Source: Macrostomum lignano
Lineage: Eukaryota
NCBI GenBank assembly: GCA_002269645.1
Contig: NIVC01000677.1
Span: 372,001 to 436,000, forward strand
Length of the DNA stretch: 64,000 bases
Direction of reading: 5' to 3'
Position numbers and translations under genes: made by a program
The notes under the pieces: model-generated
The model's database searches: none
Told to the model about the DNA's origin: nothing
The model's input: only the letters and a program-made list of their open reading frames with translations
Part shown: positions 38,310 to 48,308 of the stretch, in pieces
How positions within the stretch are numbered: the stretch's first letter is position 1
How the letters are laid out: each line of letters opens with the position of its first letter

Positions 38310-39830
38310 AAGGTAAGTCGCACCGAGGGCAAGCTAAGTCGCACCGAGGGCAAGCTAAGTCGCAGCAGGACCGAGCTAAGTCGCATCGAGGGCGAACTAA
38401 GTCGCACCGAGCGAGAGCTAAGTCGCACCGAGGGCGAGCTAAGTCGCACCGAGGGCAAAATAAGTCGCACCGAGCGAGAGCTAAGTCGCACTAAGTCGCA
38501 GCAGGACCGAGCTAAGTCGCACCGAGGGCGAGCTAAGTCGCAGCAGGACCGAGCTAAGTCGCACCGAGGGCGAACTAAGTCGCACCGAGCGAGAGCTAAG
38601 TCGCACTAAGTCGCAGCAGGACCAAGCTAAGTCGCACCGAGGGCGAGCTAAGTTGCAGCAGGACCGAGCTAAGTCGCACCGAGGGCGAACTAAGTCGCAC
38701 CGAGCGAGAGCTAAGTCGCACTGAGGGCGAGCTAAGTCGCAGCAGGACCGAGCTAAGTCGCACCGAGGGCGAACTAAGTCGCACCGAGCGAGAGCTAAGT
38801 CGCACTAAGTCGCAGCAGGACCAAGCTAAGTCGCACCGAGGGCGAGCTAAGTTGCAGCAGGACCGAGCTAAGTTGCACCGAGGGCGAACTAAGTCGCACC
38901 GAGCGAGAGCTAAGTCGCACTGAGGGCGAGCTATGTCGCAGCAGGACCGAGCTAAGTCGCACTAAGGGCGAGCTAAGTCGCACCGAGGGCAAAATAAGTC
39001 GCACCGAGCGAGAGCTAAGTCGCACTAAGTCGCAGCAGGACCGAGCTAAGTCGCACCGAGGGCGAGCTAAGTTGCAGCAGGACCGAGCTAAGTCGCACCG
39101 AGGGCGAACTAAGTCGCACCGAGCGAGAGCTAAGTCGCACTGAGGGCGAGCTAAGTCGCAGCAGGACCGAGCTAAGTCGCACTAAGGGCGAGCTAAGTCG
39201 CACCGAGGGCAAAATAAGTCGCACCGAGCGAGAGCTAAGTCGCACTAAGTCGCAGCAGGACCGAGATAAGTCGCAACGAGGGCGAGCTAAGTCGCAGCAG
39301 TACCGAGCTAAGTCGCACCGAGGGCGAACTAAGTCGCACCGAGCGAGAGCTAAGTCGCACTAAGTCGCAGCAGGACCGAGCTAAGTCGCACTAAGTCGCA
39401 GCAGGACCGAGCTAAGTCGCACCGAGGGCGAGCTAAGTCGCACCGAGCGAGAGCTAAGTCGCACCGAGGGCGAGCTAAGTCGCAGCAGGACCGAGCTAAG
39501 TCGCATCGAGGGCGAACTAAGTCGCACCGAGCGAGAGCTAAGTCGCACTGAGGGCGAGCTATGTCGCAGCAGGACCGAGCTAAGTCGCACTAAGGGCGAG
39601 CTAAGTCGCACCGAGGGCAAAATAAGTCGCACCGAGCGAGAGCTAAGTCGCACTAAGTCGCAGCAGGACCGAGCTAAGTCGCACCGAGGGCGAGCTAAGT
39701 CGCACCGAGGGCGAGCTAAGTCGCACCGAGCGAGAGCTAAGTCGCACTGAGGGCGAGCTAAGTCGCAGCAGGACCGAGTAAGTCGCAGCAGGGCCGAGGT
39801 AAGTCGCAGCAGGACTGAGTTAAGTCGCAG
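38310..39830. repeat. ~21-bp subterminal satellite (CTAAGTCGCA + variable 11-mer) with ~220-bp higher-order repeat, inside the hAT element
   Basis: About 70 copies of CTAAGTCGCA; blocks 38795-39025 and 39015-39245 repeat at 220-bp offset. Confidence 0.95.
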
Positions 39831-40033
39831 AGCATCTTTAGGATTATTAGGATAGGATTAGTTTAGGATGAATTTAATGTATCACTTACTAGGGTGTAGG
39901 CTACGTGTGCATTAACGCATCAATTTGAAAAATTAAGAATTACGAAGCCAGAAATGGCTAAGGAATAGAAATAGGGATAGAATAACTTATAAGCAGTAAT
40001 TTTTCAGCCCTATTACAATTGCAAATCATACTT

Positions 40034-43000
40034 TTAATAATATTTAATTAGCAAATTAAAACTGCAAGATTCTAACGGTCTTATATATGAACTTAGAAGA
40101 ACTGTAGTCTGACCAGAGATTGTCCTTTCTGTAGCGCGTTCTGAAGCATCTGCATCTCTAGAGTCTGAATCAGAAAGATGGTCCTCTGTTTCAGATTCAG
40201 AGCTGTCATCTTCCATTCCAAACCGTCTAGCAAGAGGTATGATTCTCGAACTGTATGTAAAGACAGTATGTAATGTTTCAGCATTAGGCAATAACACTGG
40301 GTTGAGCACATTAAATATTGAGTAGTCATCCTCAGGAAAATAATTACGCAGCTGATCAATTATGCTATCAATGATTCGACTGCGAATCTCATCCAGTGCT
40401 GGATAAGCTCCCATGTCAACAACACTGCCACGTCCACTAGCATCAAATAATCTATTTCTTAGAGATCTGTCTGCAGCAGAACCTGGTTGCTTCAACTCAA
40501 ACCTCTCTGTTGGATCGCTGCTTCCAGGGCCGGAAGGACAAGCAAAGTTAGAATAAGATAGGTCTCTTGTGTGACATCCTGAATGGTATTCCAGCTGCGG
40601 ATATCCATCTGCAGTTCCCAAAACTCGACGACACTTGCAGGAAGCCAAAAAGTCCACAATGCGAGGACCATTGTTCGTTTTTAAGGTTTCTAGTGAATGG
40701 ATAAGGTTAGTGTGGCGTTCTTGCAAGCCAATAAATGTACCCTTGGCTCTTTGAAACTGCAAGGACTCAAATTCCAGTAATTTTAGAATGTCCATGAGAA
40801 ATAGATGTAATGAATAATACCGGACATTTTGCAATGTTTTCAATAATCCAGAGGCAGTTGCTTTACTTTCGTCATCAAAGCCTGAGGAAGGTGATTTGAT
40901 ATTTTCTAAATTTGTCAGAAGCAAGTAGTACGACTTTCGAATCACATCAAGAGCAGACACTTCCGATGCAACCCACCTGATGCGATATATTCTTTTTAAT
41001 TCATAGAAAACCAAGTTGAGTGCTTCCGAAGTTTGTGCCAAAGATGCCTTACGTTTAACAGCGTGGCTCATATAAAATTTGTGTAGAGAATTTATATTCT
41101 TATCGAGATGTTGCATAAATGGGAAGATTTCAAAGGCATGATAGATTGAAAGTTCTAACTTATGCGCTGCACAATGGTGCTGAAAAAATTGTTTGCTAGC
41201 CCAAGGCCTCAGTTGACTTATTAATCCCACTCGACTTCCTGTCATTACGGATGCACCATCAGTTGTCACCCCAATAGCCTTCGTTTGATTTCATCTTCTA
41301 GCTTGTCATCCGAAAATAAACGGATGAGAAGTTCATAAATGCTTCGTCCAGTCTCTACTTCAGTCAGACGTTTAAACCGATAAAAAACATCAAATGTTGG
41401 CTGTTTTCAAGAACTCTGAAGTATATCATGACGTAGCTGTTTGAATGAATATCAGACGTTGTATCTAGTACAATAGAAATCGGAAGATTGTCAGCACTTT
41501 TAATGTAATTCACAAATGTCCGATGCATTGTATTACTGATTGATTCCACCATTGCTGCGGCACTTTTGCGATGCTTATGATGGCTCCCCATATCCAACCC
41601 ATTTTTTACTTGTAAATCAATTATATTTGGATGAGCACTGAATGGAATATTAGATTTGACTTCGGCATAAACTGTTGTCAAAACTCGGGCTGTTATTTCA
41701 TCTCGTTTAGTTTTAGCTAGTCTAGCGGCCTCATTCATCTGTTTGAGTTGCTTTGCAAGAACTGAAGTATGTTTTTCCTTCATCCACTTTATGGCGTCAC
41801 TGAAGTGTATTTGATGAATGTTCCTGTAGTTTTCTTCGTACGCTATCTTTTGCATGACCTTTGGGAATGTAGCCTTGTTCTGTTGCAAAAGTTAACTTAC
41901 GTTGGCTCTCTAGATTTGTCTCCTTTTTCTTATGTGCATTCAAAAATTTTCTGCAGATCCGACATTGTATTCCAGATCTTGATAGATCTTCGGTGTTTTG
42001 AACATATTGAAACCATGTCTTCATTTCTTGTGACACAAATTTTCTTGAAAATGATCTGCAATGGTCAAATTAGAGAATATTTTGGGATTTGGACTATTTG
42101 TGAGTATCTAAAAGCAATATGCTAATAAGTGCAATACACAATACACTATACATTAATTTACAGTTCGTCAGTTTCCATTTACTTACTGTGACTGGTGCAT
42201 CTCCAAAGAATGTAACCACTCCTCTCGAAAACCAGATGTATCCTCCCAGTCCTTTTTAGGGAAAACTTCAATATTTTCGCCCATCATAGAGGAAGACGAG
42301 GGCTTTGATGCTGAAGTGGCTAGACATGCGTCTGCAGATGTGCTTATGCATGGTATTTTTTTTTGCGATGGCCCTGCTTCTGCAGTATTTACTTGTACTA
42401 TTTCAACATCACCTGAACCCCTTGAGTCGCTCGAATCTAAATCAACAATAGGACTTTGGCAAAGTGATCGTTTCGTTGATTGTCTTTGAATATTTACTTG
42501 CCTAATAATTTCCACTTGTAGTTTGCTTGTTTGCTGGTCATTCTCCAACAACTCTCTTCTTTCCTGTACATTTGCAGCAGAGCAAAAATTAGAAGTTTCT
42601 GCAGCAGCAGTTTGAACAGCATGATCTCGATTAGCTGCTATTTGCTCTGAAAATTCATAGGACCTGGCCAATTCACTACGGTGTGAGCTTTCAGAACATG
42701 GAGCTGGAGCAGGAGCTAGTCGCATTTCGATTCTTTCTGTTGCTGATGAAGCAGATGCTAATGCTGAGTCTGCCAATGTACCTGCTTCTCTTGAAGGTGT
42801 ATTTATGATGGCTTCAATATTGTCCTCTAAAATCCAATGAGCACCTGAGCAGTCATTTTCTCTACCTGGAGTCAACTGTCCAAGTTTCCACCTTGTAAAA
42901 AGCAAAGGCTTTCGTAACTCACTGCTGGATTCAGGGCACCGGTTTATTGAATAGTCCTCATGACCAAGTTCATCCCATTCTCTTGCTGGCTTTAAGATGT

Positions 43001-43813
43001 AGTTGGGCTTGTCTCTTAGCCTACGATAAATGGACTAAAAAATGTGCACCTGTTATTTTGTGTACTTCGTGCATAGATGATCATGTCATGCACATTGTTC
43101 CTAATAATTTCAGCTAATGAGTTATCAATGATAATTTTATCTTCATAAACAGGTCTTCTTTGTGTTGCATGCATTTTAGCTAGTCGCAGTTTTCCAATGC
43201 TACTGGCAGTTGTGGAACTTGAACTGTCCGATTCTGATCTAGAAAAGTCTCGTTGATACAAGAGAATAATGGCCATAGCACTTTTACCATTCCCATTCTT
43301 TAATGCATTTGGTTCTGTTGGAATTGTCTTACTAGCAGACTTGAAAAAATCAATGATGGATGACTGCGATGATCCACTAGGAGCGGAACTTGGCAGCCCA
43401 TGTCTAGTTTTTCCCTGATACCCAATAGATGTATCGGTAAAAAACATATCTGCTGCTTCCTGCTTCTCTTTTGATGCAATAACAAAGAAACTGCTGTCCG
43501 TTTTGAAGCCCGAGGACCGATAGAAGTCAGCAGAAAATGAAACCACAGGTCGTCTAAAATCGCCGCTATATTCTTGAACTCCAATCAGAAGAAAATCACG
43601 GAGTCTCACTAGCACTGATCCTAATAGCATTGCAGTTGTGGAACAAACTTTCTTCAGCTCAATGAACTCTGAAAATTCTTGAGATCCAATATTAGGCTCA
43701 TCAGTATTTAACTCATTTATAACAATTGAGCACTCACTCTCAGCTAGAATACCATTGATAGCTAGGATGCCACTTAGAATCAGTAGGCAAAGACAACTAA
43801 GGCTGTACATCAT
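40034..43813 (-). pseudogene. Frameshifted signal peptide / LTD-like / zinc finger / ZNF862-like hAT transposase
   Basis: Segments: MMYSLSCLCLLILSG..; INELNTD..EFIEL..D.IIY..SINRC..WKLG..TPGRENDC; intron 42186-42056; W-F..C..C..H zinc finger; SIVLDTTSD (D1); TTDGAS (D2); HCAAHKL (CxxH); RWVASE. Four frame breaks near 43030, 41800, 41385 and 41270; no C-terminal catalytic-Glu/dimerisation region seen. Confidence 0.8.
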
Positions 43814-44257
43814 TCTGTGAAAGATTAAGTCGAGTATATGATTTTGGTGATAAAATAAAATTGATTTATGAGTATTACTATATAAATAAAACATTTAAAA
43901 GCCCTTACCTTTACCAATTCATGTACAGAAAGTAAGTGTAAATACAACCAATTGCCTTGGTAGTTTAGTTATATGCTCGTATCAGATGCAGGCAGACAGC
44001 ATAGGCTGCCAAGGTGCTATAAGTTAAGGTTAACTTTCACTATTTGGCTTTACAGACTGCTTTTATCGCTGCATGCATTGACTTAGCCTTAGCTTGTGCC
44101 ATCATACTCATACAGCTATATATACATATGTATCTCTGCCACTCCCCACTTTTGCAACCTTACACTGTACAATCATGCCTAAAACACTCCGTGTCAAGTG
44201 TACTGTTCTAGTGCCACATGGGGTACAAATACGATTAGGAATGACAAGAGTCAAAAC

Positions 44258-44544
44258 CATACATGCACAATAGTTGGCCGATATGGACGACTGATTTGGC
44301 GGCCAACCAAGGTAAGTTGCAAAAATGCCCACCCAAATAAATACCAAAGTAGTATTAAGTAGCTGACGAAGCATTTTGCCTTAATAAAGACAGTTATAGT
44401 TACTCCTGCCGTTTACCCAAAGTTGCGTTAATTTTGCTTTTAGGTTTTTTTCATGTAAGTCGCATTTTTGGCCGAAAACTACGTCGCATTTTTGTTAAAA
44501 CTAAGTCGCACGGCCGACCAAATTTTGGAGGTTGCGCATGTATG
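44258..44544 (+). mobile_element. MITE-like module forming the right end of the hAT element (internal second left TIR at 44258)
   Basis: CATACATGCACAA at 44258; colinear with the free MITE 25553-25834; no TSD of its own. Confidence 0.85.
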
Positions 44545-44849
44545 AGCATAGTGGTTAGAACGTTCGGATTAACGACTGAAACATTGGGGGTTCGATTTCG
44601 ACCCAACTCGGAACAATTTGTGTCCTTGAGCAAGACACTTAACTCTGCATTGCTTCAGTTCAACCAGCTGTAAAATGGGTGCCAGCACTAGCTGGGGTAG
44701 TTGAGGCTGTGTGTGTGGCGACCCCCCCCCCCCCAGTTTTGGGACTGAACAGCCGTACGCAGCCTTCAGCTGCAGCTGAGCTGTCGGTTGCACATCAGCT
44801 CATTAGAGCAGGTGTGATCAAATATTATAGTTATAATTATTTTGTTTGA

Positions 44850-45105
44850 CCAATACAAGCATTAGACAGGTAGTTGTAATTGACCAATAGAGACATTAGG
44901 CAGACAGTTTTCTGTTCCATGCAGACATTAGACAGGTAGTTGTAATTGACCAATAGAGACATTAGGCAGACAGTTTTCTGTTCCATACAGACATTAGACA
45001 GGTAGCTGTAATTGACCAATAGAGACATTAGGCAGACAGTTTTCTGTTCCATACAGACATTGGACAGGTAGCTGTAATTGACCAATAGAGACATTAGGCA
45101 GACAG
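44850..45105. repeat. 66-bp tandem repeat (~3.7 units)
   Basis: Unit CATTAGACAGGTAGTTGTAATTGACCAATAGAGACATTAGGCAGACAGTTTTCTGTTCCATGCAGA. Confidence 0.92.
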
Positions 45106-45193
45106 CCTTGGGCGGTCCGCAGAGGCATTGTACAGACTCACCTGAGCTTGATAATTCACAATTAAATCATTTAATATATTCCATGCCTGCCAG

Positions 45194-47327
45194 TTGCGCA
45201 TTGCAGCGAAAGCAGCCGCTAAACTGCTGCCAATCAGTGCACACAGGCTCGGCAACTCAGTAACTAATCACTACCGTCGACTTCTTATTGCTTCGTCCGC
45301 CACAATAGCAGCAGCAGCAACAGCAGTCGTCATGTCCGATAGAGGCCGAGCCAAGCTGCACGGTGCTTTTGGCACCAGTTACGATCCCAAGCATAGAGGT
45401 TAGTTTGAAGATTTCGGCGGCATTGAATCTTGCAGTCTGTCAGTTTGTCAGGTTCAGTGGGTGGGGCTTTCGGGCGCGGCCGCAGATCTACGAGTATGCG
45501 ACTGTTGGCCCGCAGCCAATGAGGAGGCAAGCAGTCATGTCCGTTTCGCACTGGCCGCTGAGCACGCGCACGGATACGTACGCAGGCACAGGCACAAAGT
45601 ATACATGTACTCAGCAACATTGAAAAGTCGCCACTCTATGCGCCAGTGAGCAATTTCTCTTGGACTATTCTGAAATAAAAGATACAAGAAAATTGAGAGG
45701 TAGCTTTAATCCGTCCAAACCTCGCACATCGCTCCCCCACTTGATTCTTCAACTCAAGTCTGCATCGGCGTAGCTAAGTTGCGTCACTCGCAAAGACCTG
45801 CACTTTCAAAAGTGGCGACCACAGATGGAATCTTACGCTATGACTTTTCAATGTTGCTGAGTATAGAAAAGCCAACCCCAAGGCCGATTTTCAAACAGAG
45901 CATAGCCACAAATGGATGTGGCCGTAGCTGTGCTTGGAATCGAACCTAGGACTTTGACGCGAGATAGTCGGTCGCGCTTACCACCGCTGAGCTACTCTGT
46001 CCCCGTTGCAATCTGTTAGAGATATTGATACTTGAGAATCAATTGAGAATATGGCAAATAAGACAACTCATCGCTAAATCAACCCCCCCCCTAAAGATGA
46101 GTTCCTGTCCATGCCGCTGGAGGAGCGCCGGAAGCAGTACAGCTGCGGTGAGAACTACACCCCCATTGTCGACATTCCAACCTGGGCGCAGCAGGCCGGC
46201 GCAGCCAAAGGACTTAACGACGGCGACCCGCTAGCCAGACGCGTCTCGCTGCACGTTGGCGACATCACCAAGCTGGAGATCGACGCCATTGTTAACGCCG
46301 CTAATAACAGCCTCTTGGGAGGCGGCGGCGTTGACGGCGCCATTCACCGGGCTGCCGGCCCGCTGCTCAAGGTCGAGTGTGCTCAGCTGAAGGGCTGCGA
46401 AACCGGCGATGCCAAGGCCACCTGCGGTTATAAACTGCCTGCTAGGTACAGTGCAGCTCGGATTGCTCAACGCTACTGCCAGCCTCCCAGATCTTCAGTT
46501 GTTGGGTCAATTACCACCCTCCCCCATCCCTAGTTGCTGGGCCACCGCCAGCCTCCCCCAATCCTCAGTTGCTGGGCCAACCGCCAGCCTCCCAGATCCT
46601 CAGTTGCTGGGCCAACCGCCAGCCTCCCGGATCCTCATTTGCTGGGCCACCGCGAGCCTTCCAGATCCCTAGTTGCTGGGCCACCGCCAGCCTCCTAATC
46701 TCTATAAATGTCGGGCAGTTTCAGCATCCCAAAACATGCCCTCCCAGGTACGTACTGCACACGGTCGGGCCGATGGGCTCCGGTGACGAAGCCCTGAGAA
46801 GTTGCTACAGCCGTTGTCTGGAATTGGCGCGTCAGCACGGCCTCACCAGCGTCGCTTTCCCCTGCATCAGCACCGGAGTCTATGGCTTCCCGGCTGAACG
46901 AGCGGCCAAAATTGCCTTGGAGACTGTGCGCGATTTTCTAGCCAACGACAAGTACGGCGAGAAAATTGAGCGCATCATATTCTGCGTGTTTCTCGATGCG
47001 GACTACCGCCTGTACACCCAGCTGCTGCCCGAGTACTTCCCCACTAAGCGACTGCCCACCAAGAAGCAGAAGGAAGAGCAGGAAGCGGCCGCTGAGACAT
47101 CCGCCCCTGCCGCTGAGACATCCGCCCCTGCCGGTGAGACATCCGCCCCTGCCGGTGAGACATCCGCCCCTGCCGGTGAGACATCCGCCCCTGCCGGTGA
47201 GACATCCGCGCCTGCTGGAGAGACATCCGCCCCTGCTGGCGAGACATCCGCCCCTGCTGGTGAGACATCCGCCCCTGCTGGTGAGACACCCGCCACTGCC
47301 GGTGATACCACCCAGCCAGCCACTTAA
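45194..47327 (+). CDS. MACROD: MacroD1/2-like ADP-ribosylhydrolase; exons 45194(or Met 45331)-45398, 46097-46445, 46748-47327
   Basis: [87 protein letters not shown]; splice phases consistent; true start uncertain. Confidence 0.93.
45610..45861. mobile_element. Possible Tc1/mariner-type MITE (20-bp TIR CTCAGCAACATTGAAAAGTC, TA flanks) in a MacroD intron
   Basis: Perfect inverted repeat 45610-45629 / 45842-45861, with TA outside each end. Confidence 0.45.
45915..46005 (-). mobile_element. tRNA-derived SINE head
   Basis: Minus strand GGGGACAGAGTAGCTCAGCGGTGG (A box)...GGTTCGATTCC (B box); no canonical anticodon arm or acceptor stem. Confidence 0.6.
46478..46695. repeat. Short diverged array of the 35-bp CAGCCTCCCAGATCC minisatellite in a MacroD intron
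   Basis: Units match the 36885-37520 family. Confidence 0.85.
47090..47300 (+). repeat. Coding 21-bp repeat (ETSAPAG x~10) in the MacroD C-terminus
   Basis: GAGACATCCGCCCCTGCYGGT tandem, in frame before the stop. Confidence 0.93.
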
Positions 47328-48308
47328 ATGAATTTAATTTCAAAAGATTCGTTGTGCGACTATTAACACTGCCATTTTTATAAGTTTTTAACATGTCTTA
47401 AGTCCCATATATTCAAGCTGTTTTCCTTTCTCTTATTCAGAAAAATTTTCAAGATCGTGTTTTGGCTTTTTTCGTTTTATTTTTCTAACTCGATCTTAAT
47501 ATACGAAATCTACGAATATACGACTTTTGCATAGGGATCGCTGCAGGTGGATTGGCCACTATTTTATGGTAAAGTGATTACAATGCATACAAAACTGAAA
47601 CACCAAACCAAAAAAACTTGCTACAAAACTTTTTGTTGCGCTCATTCTAAAAAAATATTGAAGTCGCCAGCCTTCTGGACCATCGATATTTTGAAAGATT
47701 CTGTCAGAAGGTTGGATTTTCTTCTATGAATGCTAGTGTAGTCCCCTGTTTAGTCCGGCCTTGCTAAGTCTTCAACTTTCATTAGTGCGTTCATCTCTGA
47801 CTTCGTTGGCCCTCTGGCCTTCAGCCAGGTGGAGCTTCTGGACCTTCAACAGGGTAGCACCAGGTGACTATGGACACCCTGTTTGCAACTATGTCAGATT
47901 TCGCTGACTAATTAAGCCTTGACCTCAACTCTAGTTATCCTCCTGAACTAGTCTCTCAAGCATTCCGTCTGTGGGCCTTACCACGAGGTATTTCTAGCTC
48001 GTACTGTTAATCGGATGCTTACTGTTGGATCCTCAAGCACTAATTCTCTTGTACAATATAATAAAATGATGAATAACATCGACACGGCTCTTTGAGAACA
48101 GAAATATTTGGCTGCTTCTGCTCATTAGAAACCGAGCAGCCGCGACAAGTCCCGATGTATTTCTCTTTGTTGGCAAATAAATGAACGCCGGCAACTCTAA
48201 AACAGGACGCTCTCTAATACAGAAGCGCGATTGATTATTGGCCAGAAAATGAAAATGATTGTCCACACAATTGTTATTAAACTATATAGCTTTAATATCG
48301 GGGACGGG

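Larger units (their letters stand above)
38096..44544 (-). mobile_element. hAT DNA transposon, 6449 bp, TIR CATACATGCGCAAC, 8-bp TSD AGCATAGT
   Basis: Perfect 14-bp TIRs at 38096-38109 and 44531-44544; AGCATAGT at 38088-38095 and 44545-44552; encodes hAT transposase motifs. Confidence 0.93.
38080..44820 (+). mobile_element. tRNA-derived SINE with CORE-like body, split by the hAT insertion (parts 38080-38095 and 44545-~44820)
   Basis: The empty site reads GGGTTGTAGCATAGTGGTTAGAACG (A box)...GGGTTCGATTTCGACCC (B box), then GTGTCCTTGAGCAAGACACTTAAC...CCAGCTGTAAAATGGG. Confidence 0.75.

Noticed and set aside
45915-46005. Functional tRNA genes here, at 25843-25900 and at 38080/44545
   Set aside because: A and B boxes are present, but anticodon arms and acceptor stems are non-canonical; they fit SINE heads better.
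47730-48266. Possible further exons of the duplicated-domain gene or a TE fragment
   Set aside because: Only short open frames without convincing splice pairs or motifs.
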